Source of the DNA: Candidatus Nomurabacteria bacterium
GTDB lineage: Bacteria; Patescibacteriota; Minisyncoccia; Phycocordibacterales; UBA9973
DNA: 64,000 nt
NCBI GenBank assembly: GCA_023267195.1
Contig: JAHFNT010000005.1
Coordinates: 14,875-78,874 of the forward strand
Reading direction: 5' to 3'
In this document: piece after piece, positions 38,097-48,139 of the stretch
Position numbering within the stretch: the first letter of the stretch is position 1
Layout: each line of letters starts with the position of its first letter
Notes under the pieces: generated by a model
The model's database searches: none
The model's input: only the letters and a program-made list of their open reading frames with translations
Told to the model about the DNA's origin: nothing
Translations under genes and position numbers: made by a program

Positions 38097-40795
38097 AATT
38101 TAAAACTTTGTTTAAATCAAGTGTTTTTTTTATCAAAAAATTAGTATTTTTTAGTTTTTTTATTGTTGCTAATTTATTTTTCTTTGTATCATACGTGCAG
38201 GCAAGTTCACTCTCTAGTACTCCAGCTGATTATTGGGTGACTAATGGAACAGTTAGTGCTATTGCATTAGGGTCTGATGGCACAACTTATATTGGCGGAA
38301 GTTTTACTAGCGTTGGCTTAAATGCCGGTTACGGTGCTGCTATTGATACAATCTCTGCTGTTCCTGATCTTAATTTTCCGAATGTTAATGGAATAATTCA
38401 TGCGGTTGTCTCAGATGGTTCTGGCGGTTGGTATATAGGGGGTATTTTTACCCAAGTTGGTAGTGTTTCGAGAAATAATATTGCCCATATTCTCTCTGAC
38501 AAATCAGTAGATCTTAATTGGAATCCGAATGCTAGTAATTTGGCCGGTAATGCTACTGTTTTTGCTCTTGCCGTAAGTGGTACGACAGTTTATGTTGGTG
38601 GAAGTTTTACTACCATCGGCGGCCAAACAAGAAACCGCATTGCAGCGATCGATTCAGATGGTTTAGCGACGAGTTGGGATCCGAACGCGAATGCAACTGT
38701 AAATACTCTTGCCGTAAGTGGTACGACAGTTTATGTTGGTGGAAGTTTTACTACCATCGGCGGCCAAACAAGAAACCGCATCGCAGCGATCGATTCAGAC
38801 GGTTTAGCGACGAGTTGGGATCCGAACGCTGACAGTATTGTATATGTGCTTACTGCGAATGGTACAACAATCTACGCCGGGGGAGCCTTTACCACTATTG
38901 GTGGCCAAACCAGAAATCATATCGCAGCAATCGATTCGGACGGTCTAGCGACAAACTGGGATCCAAATGCAAATAGCGATGTACGTTCACTTGTAATAAA
39001 TGGTACAACAATCTACGCCGGGGGAGCCTTTACTACTATCGGTGGCCAAACCAGAAATCATATCGCAGCGATCGATTCAGACGGCCTGGCGACAAGCTGG
39101 AATCCAAATGCTAACTCTACTGTTAATACTCTTGCCGTCAGTGGCAGCATAGTTTACGCCGGAGGATATTTTATTACCATCGGTGGCCAAACTAGAAATC
39201 ATATCGCAGCGATCGATTCAGACGGTTTAGCTACGAGCTGGGATCCAAATACGAATGATGTTGTTCATAAAATTGCTGTAAGTGGAAACGTAGTCTATGC
39301 AGGGGGTGCTTTTGTTACCATAGGTGGTCAAACAAGAAACCGCATCGCGGCTATTGGTCCTGATGGTCTCATTACCAGTTGGAATCCAAATGCTAACTCT
39401 ACTGTTAATACTCTTGCCGTCAGTGGCAGCATAGTTTACGCCGGAGGAGATTTTACCACTATCGGCGGTCAAACTAGAAATAGTATCGCAGCGATCGATT
39501 CAGACGGCCTGGCGACAAGCTGGAATCCAAATGCTAACTCTACTGTTAATACTCTTGCCGTCAGTGGCAGCATAGTTTACGCCGGAGGATATTTTAGAAC
39601 CATCGGCGGTCAAGCAAGAAACCGTATCGCAGCGATCGATTCAGACGGCCTGGCGACAAGCTGGAATCCAAATGCCAATAGTACTATTTGGGCTCTTGCT
39701 GTAAACGGGAACGTAGTTTACACCGGGGGAGATTTTACTTCTATCGGCGGTCAAGCAAGAAACCGTATCGCAGCGATCGATTCAGACGGTTTAGCTACGA
39801 GCTGGGATCCAAATGCAAGCAATACTATTTATGCTCTTGTGGTAGATAATTCTACCGTTTACACCGGGGGAGATTTTACTTCTATCGGCGGTGAAACAAG
39901 ACGTTATGTCGCGGCTCTTGATTTAAATACTGGCCTAGCCACTTCCTGGAACCCGAACGCTAGTACTAGTATTTATGCTTTAGCTTTTAGTGGTACGGCC
40001 GTTTACGCCGGGGGAGATTTTACTTCTATCGGCGGTGAAACAAGACGTTATGTCGCGGCTCTTGATTTAAATACTGGCCTAGCCACTTCCTGGAACCCGA
40101 ACGCTGGAAGTAGTTCCGTTTGGGCTCTTGCCGCTAACGATATTGCGGTTTATGTAGGTGGGACTTTTAACGTAATTAGTGGAAATTTCCGACCAAAATT
40201 TGCCAAATTTAATAAATCTTTTAATCTTTCATATGCCCCAGGTTCCAATGGTTCAATCACTGGTTCTGTTTTACAAACAGTAAATGGCGGGGATGATGGT
40301 ACAACAGTAACAGCAGTTCCAAATTCCGGTTACCATTTCTCCGGTTGGAGTGATGGATTTCTGGTCGCTTCCAGAACTGATACAAATATTTCTAGTGACA
40401 TTACAATTACTGCAAATTTTGAAGTTGATGCATCTGTTGTTAATATATACCAAAGCAGTGGTCTCAGTGTTCCATTAATCAGTCGCCCACTTGTCACCGT
40501 TTGCGAGTCAGGACATAAATTCAATATTAAAACCGGTTTACTTTGCCCTTCTTATAAAGAAAAACCCCAGTATACATCTTTACCTTCTAGGTGTTTTGTT
40601 ACTAAGCCTATGAAGTTGGGGAGCAGGGGCAAAGATGTAAAATGTTTGCAAACTAATCTAAAAGTTGTTCCGATTACCAGTTTTTTTGGGCAAAAAACAA
40701 AATCAGCCGTTATTGCTTTTCAAAAATTACACAAACTTGTCCCAGATGGAATTGTGGGGAAGAAAACAAGAGCAGTATTAAATAATAATTTATGA
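38093..40795 (+). CDS. large exported tandem-repeat (beta-propeller-like, delta-60-type) protein with C-terminal peptidoglycan-binding domain
   Basis: N-terminal signal/TM. About 13 copies of a ~47-aa unit ([38 protein letters not shown]). The C-terminal ~60 aa resemble PG_binding_1 ([14 protein letters not shown]...GKKTRAVL). Confidence 0.65.
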   Translation: MKFKTLFKSSVFFIKKLVFFSFFIVANLFFFVSYVQASSLSSTPADYWVTNGTVSAIALGSDGTTYIGGSFTSVGLNAGYGAAIDTISAVPDLNFPNVNGIIHAVVSDGSGGWYIGGIFTQVGSVSRNNIAHILSDKSVDLNWNPNASNLAGNATVFALAVSGTTVYVGGSFTTIGGQTRNRIAAIDSDGLATSWDPNANATVNTLAVSGTTVYVGGSFTTIGGQTRNRIAAIDSDGLATSWDPNADSIVYVLTANGTTIYAGGAFTTIGGQTRNHIAAIDSDGLATNWDPNANSDVRSLVINGTTIYAGGAFTTIGGQTRNHIAAIDSDGLATSWNPNANSTVNTLAVSGSIVYAGGYFITIGGQTRNHIAAIDSDGLATSWDPNTNDVVHKIAVSGNVVYAGGAFVTIGGQTRNRIAAIGPDGLITSWNPNANSTVNTLAVSGSIVYAGGDFTTIGGQTRNSIAAIDSDGLATSWNPNANSTVNTLAVSGSIVYAGGYFRTIGGQARNRIAAIDSDGLATSWNPNANSTIWALAVNGNVVYTGGDFTSIGGQARNRIAAIDSDGLATSWDPNASNTIYALVVDNSTVYTGGDFTSIGGETRRYVAALDLNTGLATSWNPNASTSIYALAFSGTAVYAGGDFTSIGGETRRYVAALDLNTGLATSWNPNAGSSSVWALAANDIAVYVGGTFNVISGNFRPKFAKFNKSFNLSYAPGSNGSITGSVLQTVNGGDDGTTVTAVPNSGYHFSGWSDGFLVASRTDTNISSDITITANFEVDASVVNIYQSSGLSVPLISRPLVTVCESGHKFNIKTGLLCPSYKEKPQYTSLPSRCFVTKPMKLGSRGKDVKCLQTNLKVVPITSFFGQKTKSAVIAFQKLHKLVPDGIVGKKTRAVLNNNL
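38566..40130 (+). repeat. intragenic near-identical tandem DNA repeats (~141-bp units and sub-repeats)
   Basis: 38566-38706 and 38707-38847 are almost identical. The unit ...aatccaaatgctaactctactgttaatactcttgccgtcagtggcagcatagtttacgccggagga... recurs near 39100, 39390 and 39520. The unit ...gattttacttctatcggcggtgaaacaagacgttatgtcgcggctcttgatttaaatactggcctagccacttcctggaacccgaacgct... recurs at ~39880 and ~40010. Confidence 0.8.
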
Positions 40796-41694
40796 TTAAA
40801 ATGGAAAATCAAACTAAGCTTTTTTATTTGAAAGACGTAGAAGACTTTAGGGACTATGAGATGTTAGATACTGGTGGAGGAGAGAAATTAGAACGATTCG
40901 GCAAATATGTTTTTGTTCGTCCGTATGAAGATGCTATTTGGCCAAAAACTTTTTCCTATCAAGATTGGGGTAAAGCTGATGGTAAATTTTGGAGTTCTAA
41001 GGTTGGGGCGAAAGCAGGGTGGAAAATAACAAAAAAAATTACAGCAAAATGGGAAATGGAATACAAAAGTATTAAATTTCTGGTATCTCCAACACCTTTT
41101 AGGCATTTGGGATTTTTCCCAGAGCAAGCAAGTATATGGGATTTTATTGAAAATAAAATAAAAAACTCTAGCAGGAAAGTTAAATTTTTGAATTTATTTG
41201 GTTATACCGGAATCGCGAGTTTGTTTGCCTTGCGCGCTGGCGCGGAAGTGACGCATGTAGATGCTTCTAAGCAAACATTGAATTGGGCCAAGGAAAATCA
41301 AAAAGTTTCTGGCTTAGAAAATTTGCCTATGCGAATCATAGCAGATGACGCTCTCAAATTTTTGGAGCGTGAAGAAAAACGTGGTAATAAATATGATGCG
41401 GTAATCATGGATCCGCCTAAATTTGGTCGGGGTCCCAAAGGGGAAGTATGGAAAATAGAAGAAATGTTGCCGAAACTCCTTGCTCAAGTGCAAAAAGTTT
41501 TAAGCAACGAACCACTTTTCGTAATTCTGACTTCTTACGCCACCGATTCATCAGCACTTTCCTTGGGATATGCGCTTTCTGAAATAATGCAAAGGTGGGA
41601 AGGACGAACGGAAGCAGGCGAATTATGTGTCTTGGAAAAATCAAACAATCGCGCAATCTCGCTTGCGAATACCGCGCTCTGGAGTGCTAAATAA
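40792..41694 (+). CDS. class I SAM-dependent methyltransferase (RlmI/YccW C-terminal-domain-like)
   Basis: LNLFGYTGIASLFALRAGAEVTHVDAS (SAM-binding motif I), IMDPPKFG (motif IV, DPPxF). 4-nt overlap with the upstream gene. Confidence 0.65.
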   Translation: MIKMENQTKLFYLKDVEDFRDYEMLDTGGGEKLERFGKYVFVRPYEDAIWPKTFSYQDWGKADGKFWSSKVGAKAGWKITKKITAKWEMEYKSIKFLVSPTPFRHLGFFPEQASIWDFIENKIKNSSRKVKFLNLFGYTGIASLFALRAGAEVTHVDASKQTLNWAKENQKVSGLENLPMRIIADDALKFLEREEKRGNKYDAVIMDPPKFGRGPKGEVWKIEEMLPKLLAQVQKVLSNEPLFVILTSYATDSSALSLGYALSEIMQRWEGRTEAGELCVLEKSNNRAISLANTALWSAK

Positions 41695-41697
41695 AAT

Positions 41698-42036
41698 CTA
41701 TTCTTTGCTTTCGGGCTGAATCTCTTCCACGTCTTCCTGAATCTCTTCCACGTCTTCCTGAATCTCTTCCACGTCTTCCTGAATCTCTTCAATATCTTCT
41801 GATACTTCTTCGAGCTCCTCGCTGTGTTTATTTACGGTCATTTGTATGAATATCGAAAGATAAATAGCTTCCAATGAAACTATGGTGGTTAAAATAAGCA
41901 GTACATCAGAACTTGAAAAATCAAAGAAACGCAAGGCAAAAATGCCAACAAAAAATACAGTATGCGCTAAAATGGATTGGGGCGATCCAATCCAATAAGT
42001 TAGTTTTCTAGAAAATTCCTCAAACTTTTTATTCAT
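41698..42036 (-). CDS. DUF1003-like 2-TM membrane protein with acidic heptapeptide-repeat tail
   Basis: Two TM helices (ILAHTVFFVGIFAL; LLILTTIVSLEAIYLSIFIQMTVNKHSEE) followed by the C-terminal (EEIQEDV)x4 repeat. Confidence 0.5.
   Translation of the reverse strand: MNKKFEEFSRKLTYWIGSPQSILAHTVFFVGIFALRFFDFSSSDVLLILTTIVSLEAIYLSIFIQMTVNKHSEELEEVSEDIEEIQEDVEEIQEDVEEIQEDVEEIQPESKE
41713..41800 (-). repeat. 21-bp perfect tandem repeat (x ~4) encoding EEIQEDV
   Basis: gtcttcctgaatctcttccac is repeated head-to-tail. It also creates the artefactual MKRFRKTWKRFRKTW ORF on the opposite frame. Confidence 0.85.
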
Positions 42037-42117
42037 GTCAATCGGTTAATAAGCTCATAATATACCTTTTTAAAAAGCAATACAACTGTCGGTCAAAATT
42101 GTTTACTTTAATTTAGA

Positions 42118-43158
42118 ATGTTTTTATGGTATGATGCGTTTATGGAAACAAATAAACCAAAACTAAATATAGGTTTCTTCTTTTTGTGCCTAGGATTATT
42201 AATAACATTAATAACTTCAGTTGTTTCATTCCTTAATCTTGTTTTTAACACTCTAGATAAAAGATTTCCAGATGTTTTAAACGCTACGTATCAATATGGA
42301 TATTCCACTTACGAATATGAAAGTATCCGCATGGCGCTCGCTACCCTCATAATCTTCTTTCCAGTTTTCTTGGTCATTTCTTATTTTTGGAGAAAATTCT
42401 TGAAGGGCGCAATGGGGCATTTTGATGAAATTATTAAAAAATGGGTGGTGTATATTATTCTATTTCTTTCGGCAATAGTTACGATGGTAGACTTGGTTGC
42501 TCTGATCAGGTATTTCATCTCTGGAGAAATAACTACCAGATTTATTTTGAAAGTATTGATCACCCTAGTGGTGGCTGTGTTGGTTGGTGGATATTACATA
42601 CTTTTGCTGCGGGAAAAGCCGTACCTTGATAAACTTAGCAAAATTTTTGCGGGTATTGGACTTTTGCTGGTAATACTGGCTGTAGTTTATAGTTTCTCCA
42701 TTATGGGTAGTCCGTTTAAGCAGAGAATGCTTCGTTTAGATGACAGAAGAATCGGCGATCTGCAAGGCATTCAATATCAAGTAATAAATTATTGGCAACA
42801 AAAGGAAAAATTGCCAGAGAAACTCTCAGATCTTTCTAATCCTCTGTCTGGATATTCTCTGCCGGTTGATCCGGAATTTGAAAAAGGGAGCATTTATGAA
42901 TATTCAGTCAAAGACAAACAAAAATTAATCTTTGAACTTTGCGCAACTTTTGCTTTGCCAATACCGAAAGGGTGGAGGGAGTATAGCGGTGGTGTAGTAG
43001 CTCCTATGTATTATGGCGAAAAAGATATTGCCAATACTTCCTATCCATACGGAGGCGGAGGAGTGAATGAATCTTGGGATCATCAAGCAGGTCGCACTTG
43101 TTTTGAACGAACTATTGATAAAGATATTTATCCTCCGTTTCCTAAACCAGTGAGATAA
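42118..43158 (+). CDS. hypothetical polytopic membrane protein
   Basis: 346 aa. ~6 TM helices in the N-terminal half, then a soluble C-terminal region. No family recognised. Confidence 0.4.
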   Translation: MFLWYDAFMETNKPKLNIGFFFLCLGLLITLITSVVSFLNLVFNTLDKRFPDVLNATYQYGYSTYEYESIRMALATLIIFFPVFLVISYFWRKFLKGAMGHFDEIIKKWVVYIILFLSAIVTMVDLVALIRYFISGEITTRFILKVLITLVVAVLVGGYYILLLREKPYLDKLSKIFAGIGLLLVILAVVYSFSIMGSPFKQRMLRLDDRRIGDLQGIQYQVINYWQQKEKLPEKLSDLSNPLSGYSLPVDPEFEKGSIYEYSVKDKQKLIFELCATFALPIPKGWREYSGGVVAPMYYGEKDIANTSYPYGGGGVNESWDHQAGRTCFERTIDKDIYPPFPKPVR

Positions 43159-43162
43159 AGAT

Positions 43163-46012
43163 ATGAGGTTGTATGATCATAAGAAAATAGAGAAAAAATG
43201 GCAAAATATTTGGGAGAAAAAGGGGATTTATCATGCTATAGACCCGGTCAAGGGCGGGGCAAGTAAACCAAAAAAGCCCAAATATTATAGCTTGATAGAA
43301 TTTCCATATCCCTCAGGGGATGGTTTGCATGTGGGTCATCCCAGGCCATATATCGGGATGGATATAATCTCAAGGAAAAGAAGGCTGCAGGGTTTTAATG
43401 TTTTGTACCCGATCGGCTGGGATGCGTTTGGTCTTCCGACGGAAAACTTTGCCATAAAGACAGGTAAGGATCCACGATTTGTTACGAAGAAAAATAGCGA
43501 AAATTTCAAACAACAGATACAATCGCTTGGAATTTCTTTTGATTGGTCTCGAGAAATAAATACAACTGATCCGAAATATTATAAATGGACACAGTGGATA
43601 TTTTTGCAGTTTTTGAAGAAAGGATTGGCCTATAAGGCCAAAATGAATATCAACTGGTGTCCGAAGGACAAGATCGGTCTTGCGAATGAAGAAGTTATAG
43701 GCGGTTGTTGCGAGCGATGTGGGGCACAGGTAGAAAAAAGAGAGAAAGAGCAGTGGGTGTTGGCGATCACTAAATATGCAGAGCGTTTAGATAAAGACTT
43801 AGATGGTGTGGATTATTTGCCACAAATTAAACTTGCTCAAAGAAATTGGATAGGGAAGTCGGAGGGTGCGGAGATAGAATTTAAGATTACGGATTATGAG
43901 TTAAAAATTAAAGTTTTCACCACTCGTCCCGATACTATTTTCGGCGCGACTTATGTTGTTTTAGCACCGGAACACCAATTGATCAATGACCTAAAATCAA
44001 GAATTTCCAACTGGACTGAAGCGGAAGATTATATTAAAAAAACAAAACAAGAAACAGAGATAGAGCGCACGGCAGAAAATAAAACAAAAACAGGAGTAGA
44101 GTTAAAAGGGGTAAAGGCGATCAATCCCGGGAGCAAAGAAGAAATTCCTATCTGGATTGCCGACTATGTGCTTGCAAATTATGGCACAGGGGCTATCATG
44201 GCTGTGCCGGCGCACGATGAAAGGGATTTTGAATTTGCGAAGAAATATAATTTGGAGATAAAGCAAGTCATTCAACCAATTTTTGGTATAGAAAATAAAA
44301 GAAAAGAAGCAGTACACAGAAACACTATTACTGGTATTGTGAAAAGTCGTGACGGGAAGAAAATTTTAATGTTAAAATGGAAAGATTATGATTGGTTAAG
44401 TGGTGTAATAGGAGGTATTGAGGGTGATGAGTCTCCAGAACAAGCAGCGGAGCGAGAAGTGTTAGAAGAAACAGGATATAAAACTAAAGCTATTTTTGTT
44501 TCCCCAATAAAAGTTGAATCGCATTTTTTTGCTGAACATAAAAATGAATGGCGTTCGAGGATAGACACCCCAGTTGTTTTGGAGTTGGTGGATGAGAAGC
44601 CAGAAATAATTTCCGAGAAAGAACAAGCAAAACATGAGGTAAGGTGGGTTGATATAAAAGAAGTTTTTGCTTCAACTATGTTTGGAAACAATAAACTTGC
44701 AATAGAATTAGCACTTTCACGAAGTGCCTATACTGGTTTTAATGGAGACCAAAGAGACTCCTTAATAAATTCTGGCAGATTTGATGGAATGGATTCCCAA
44801 AAAGCCAAGAAAGAAATTATAAAATTTGTTGAGGGAAAAGAAAAAACCACTTTCAAGCTTCGCGACTGGATATTTTCCCGTCAGCGATATTGGGGTGAGC
44901 CGATACCGGTTGTACGATGCGAGAAATGCGGGTTAGTTCCTGTGCCGGAGAAGGATCTGCCAGTAGAACTTCCAAAAGTGAAAAATTATCAGCCGACGGA
45001 TAGCGGAGAATCGCCACTCGCAAATATTTCAAAATGGGTCAATACTAAATGTCCTAAATGTAAAGGCAACGCAAAAAGGGAAACAGATACCATGCCAAAC
45101 TGGGCAGGATCCAGTTGGTATTATTTACGATACACAGATCCCAAAAATTCTAAAGAGTTTGCTGGTAAGAAAAATTTGAAATATTGGACGCCGGTAGATT
45201 GGTATAACGGAGGAAATGAACACACCACACTTCATCTTTTATATTCACGTTTTTGGCATAAATTTTTATATGATTTGAAACTAGTGCCCACAAGCGAGCC
45301 CTACATGAAACGTACCTCGCATGGGATGATTTTAGGCGAGGGGGGCGTAAAGATGTCCAAATCGCTAGGTAATGTCATAAATCCGGACGAAATGGTAAAA
45401 ATTTACGGCGCGGATACGCTTCGCATCTATGAGATGTTTATGGGGCCATTTGATCAATCTGTAGCTTGGTCTACAGAAAGTATTATTGGCGCGAGGAGAT
45501 TTATAGAAAAAATTTGGCGGTTGCAATTTAAGGTGGGTAAAACAAGCGATAGTGGAATAAAGAAAATTTTAAATAAAACCATAAAAAAAGTTTCTGAAGA
45601 TATTGAGAATATGAATTTTAATACAGCAATTTCTTCTATGATGATCTTGGCAACTGAGATAGAAAATGAAAAAAGTGTCTCAAGAGAAGACTATAAAAAA
45701 TTCTTGCAAATACTTTCTCCCTTTGCGCCGCATATAACCGAAGAATTGTGGAGCTTGCTCGGAGAGAAAAAATCTATCAATCTTTCCACTTGGCCAAAAG
45801 TGGATGAAACTTTTCTCAAGGATGAAGAAATTAAAATCGTGATTCAGATCAATGGCAAAGTCAGAGCGCAAATTATTGTGAAAGCTTCTGATCCAGAAGA
45901 AAAGATAAAAGAAAGAGTTTTTAGCGACCCCAGCGTGTTAAAACATTTAGGGAACAAGGGGATCAAAAGAACAATTTACATTAAAAATAGACTTATCAAC
46001 CTTGTGGTTTGA
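43163..46012 (+). CDS. leuS: leucyl-tRNA synthetase with an inserted Nudix hydrolase domain
   Basis: HIGH motif HVGHPRPY, KMSKS (VKMSKSLGN), CP1 editing TTRPDT...AVPAHDERD, and a LeuRS C-terminus. An extra ~150 aa (nt ~44295-44765) contains the Nudix box GGIEGDESPEQAAEREVLEETGY. Confidence 0.9.
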   Translation: MRLYDHKKIEKKWQNIWEKKGIYHAIDPVKGGASKPKKPKYYSLIEFPYPSGDGLHVGHPRPYIGMDIISRKRRLQGFNVLYPIGWDAFGLPTENFAIKTGKDPRFVTKKNSENFKQQIQSLGISFDWSREINTTDPKYYKWTQWIFLQFLKKGLAYKAKMNINWCPKDKIGLANEEVIGGCCERCGAQVEKREKEQWVLAITKYAERLDKDLDGVDYLPQIKLAQRNWIGKSEGAEIEFKITDYELKIKVFTTRPDTIFGATYVVLAPEHQLINDLKSRISNWTEAEDYIKKTKQETEIERTAENKTKTGVELKGVKAINPGSKEEIPIWIADYVLANYGTGAIMAVPAHDERDFEFAKKYNLEIKQVIQPIFGIENKRKEAVHRNTITGIVKSRDGKKILMLKWKDYDWLSGVIGGIEGDESPEQAAEREVLEETGYKTKAIFVSPIKVESHFFAEHKNEWRSRIDTPVVLELVDEKPEIISEKEQAKHEVRWVDIKEVFASTMFGNNKLAIELALSRSAYTGFNGDQRDSLINSGRFDGMDSQKAKKEIIKFVEGKEKTTFKLRDWIFSRQRYWGEPIPVVRCEKCGLVPVPEKDLPVELPKVKNYQPTDSGESPLANISKWVNTKCPKCKGNAKRETDTMPNWAGSSWYYLRYTDPKNSKEFAGKKNLKYWTPVDWYNGGNEHTTLHLLYSRFWHKFLYDLKLVPTSEPYMKRTSHGMILGEGGVKMSKSLGNVINPDEMVKIYGADTLRIYEMFMGPFDQSVAWSTESIIGARRFIEKIWRLQFKVGKTSDSGIKKILNKTIKKVSEDIENMNFNTAISSMMILATEIENEKSVSREDYKKFLQILSPFAPHITEELWSLLGEKKSINLSTWPKVDETFLKDEEIKIVIQINGKVRAQIIVKASDPEEKIKERVFSDPSVLKHLGNKGIKRTIYIKNRLINLVV

Positions 46013-46037
46013 TTAACAGTAGTAGTATAATTGCAAT

Positions 46038-48125
46038 ATGCGTTCAGATATATTTGATAAGATTTCTTTCATATTATTATTTTTAGTTATTATTTTATTA
46101 CCAGTTTTCTGTTTGCCCTTTACTAAAATTCCAGTTGAAACTTCTAAGGGGTTTTTGTTAGTTTTGGGTCTTACTGTTTCTGTCGTGACTTGGGCTATTG
46201 CCAGATTTTTGGATGGAAAAATTGTTTTCCCTAAATCTTGGCTGTTGGTTTCTGGTTTCAGCATCTCCCTGGTTTTTCTATTGTCGGCTATTTTTTCTGA
46301 GATTCCCCAGGTTTCTCTTTTTGGAATAATGTTTGACACTCCTTCTTTTTGGTTTATTTTCTTTGCCTTTGTCTTAATGTTATTTTCCTCTATTGTTATA
46401 AAGACTTCCAAGCGCGCAAAAATAGTTTTATTTGGAACGGTATTATCTTCCGCCTTCGTATTAGTTTTTCAGATTTTCCATTTATTCATGCCATCTGTTT
46501 TATCACTAGGGATTTTATCCGGCAAAACCGGCAATATTTTAGGTTCTTGGAATACACTTGGGCTTTTTGCTGGTTTTTCCAGTCTTTTATTTCTTTTGGT
46601 TGTAGAATTTTTTCCGATTTCTCGACTCGGAAAAATTTTTCTTAATATATTTATTGCATTTTCGATATTTTTGGCTGCGGCGGTAAATTTTCAATTAGTC
46701 TGGATACTTCTAGGAATTTCTAGCTTGATTATTTTTGTTTACAAAGTATCAATTACTCTGGAAAATAGCAAAAAAGAAGAAGACGAAAAAAATAAGAAAT
46801 ATTTTCCTTTAGTCTCTTTTATTGTGGTGATCATTTCTTTACTGTTCTTTTTATCCGCTGGTTTTGTTGGCAACATTATTCCGAATTATTTGAAGGTATC
46901 AAATTCCGAGGTTAATCCTTCTCTGGGTACAACTTTTTCCATAACTAAACAAGTGTTTATAAAGGATCCTCTCTTGGGAATCGGCCCGAATAGATTTGGA
47001 GAAGCTTGGGCGATGTATAAACCTGCCATTATAAACAATACTCAATTTTGGAATGTTTCCTTCAATTCTGGGTCTGGATTGCTTCCCTCTTTAACGGCTA
47101 CTACCGGGATGCTTGGTATTCTAGCCTGGCTTCTATTTCTTGTTCTATTTTTATTTACTGGCGCCAAGTCAGTATTTTCAAGCGTTAAGAATGGGGTTAA
47201 TTGGGAAACAATGTCATTCTTTGTATTGTCTCTTTATTTATTTGTTTCTTCATTCTTCTATTTTACCGGGGTGGCAGTATTCTTGCTCGCTTTTGCCTTC
47301 ACTGGAATATTTGCGGGATTGAGTGCGTCTTCCTCGGGTAAAGAAGTAATAATATCGTTTTTGGATAATCACAAGAAAAGCTTTTTTTCTATTCTTGCCC
47401 TAATTATTTTAGTTATTTCTTTTATTGCTATTTCTTTCAAATATGTAGAGCGATTTATTTCTGTATCATATTTTGGAAAAACATTGGCTGCGACAGAAGA
47501 ATCGACGGCTGAGATTCTTATCAATAAAGCCGTTTCTCTTTATTCAAATGATTTATATTTACGCACCTACGCGCAGGTTTATCTTGTGAAATTAAATTCT
47601 CTGGCAACCAAAGGCGGAGCGTTGTCCGACAAAGATAAGGTTGATTTACAGACAAGTTTGAATCAAGCGGTAAACGGCGCGCAAATGGCGGTGGCATACA
47701 ACCCACAAAACTATCTAAATTTTGAATCTCTCGGATTGGTATATCAGACTGCTGGATCGCTCGGGGTAAAAAATGCTTACACGGAGGCATTTACCGCTTA
47801 TCAAACTGCTTCCGCTTTAAATCCATTAAATCCAGGTCTCAAACTTGCTATGGCCAATGCTTCATTTTTTGATGGAAAAATTAAAGAAGCAAAAGACTAT
47901 GCAAAAGGGGCTCTCGAGTTAAAGCCTGATTATATTGACGCACTGCTGACCCTTTCCCAAATAGCTAAGGACGAGGGAAACAATAACGAAGCTATTGCTT
48001 ACGGAGAGGCCGCTCTTTCTGTCTCTCCGAGCGATAAAAATTTGATAAATTATGTAAACTCATTGAAAAATCCAGCGCCAGCAAAAGAACCCGCTTCGGA
48101 CAAATCAAATAATCCTAAAAATTAA
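46038..48125 (+). CDS. Wzy_C (O-antigen ligase/PglL-like) polytopic membrane protein with C-terminal TPR repeats
   Basis: ~12 TM helices with a large extracytoplasmic loop in the ligase-like core. The C-terminal ~180 aa form TPR-like helical repeats. Confidence 0.6.
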   Translation: MRSDIFDKISFILLFLVIILLPVFCLPFTKIPVETSKGFLLVLGLTVSVVTWAIARFLDGKIVFPKSWLLVSGFSISLVFLLSAIFSEIPQVSLFGIMFDTPSFWFIFFAFVLMLFSSIVIKTSKRAKIVLFGTVLSSAFVLVFQIFHLFMPSVLSLGILSGKTGNILGSWNTLGLFAGFSSLLFLLVVEFFPISRLGKIFLNIFIAFSIFLAAAVNFQLVWILLGISSLIIFVYKVSITLENSKKEEDEKNKKYFPLVSFIVVIISLLFFLSAGFVGNIIPNYLKVSNSEVNPSLGTTFSITKQVFIKDPLLGIGPNRFGEAWAMYKPAIINNTQFWNVSFNSGSGLLPSLTATTGMLGILAWLLFLVLFLFTGAKSVFSSVKNGVNWETMSFFVLSLYLFVSSFFYFTGVAVFLLAFAFTGIFAGLSASSSGKEVIISFLDNHKKSFFSILALIILVISFIAISFKYVERFISVSYFGKTLAATEESTAEILINKAVSLYSNDLYLRTYAQVYLVKLNSLATKGGALSDKDKVDLQTSLNQAVNGAQMAVAYNPQNYLNFESLGLVYQTAGSLGVKNAYTEAFTAYQTASALNPLNPGLKLAMANASFFDGKIKEAKDYAKGALELKPDYIDALLTLSQIAKDEGNNNEAIAYGEAALSVSPSDKNLINYVNSLKNPAPAKEPASDKSNNPKN

Positions 48126-48139
48126 ATATTATATAAAGA

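Noticed and set aside
38566-40130. Regularly spaced near-identical direct repeats that superficially resemble a CRISPR array
   Set aside because: The units are ~141 bp with sub-repeats, are contiguous without unique spacers, and lie in frame inside a long ORF encoding a repeat protein. Not CRISPR.
41535-41792. 85-aa ORF MKRFRKTWKRFRKTWKRFRKTW... on the minus strand
   Set aside because: It is produced by reading the 21-bp tandem repeat of the DUF1003-like gene in another frame on the same strand. Low-complexity artefact.
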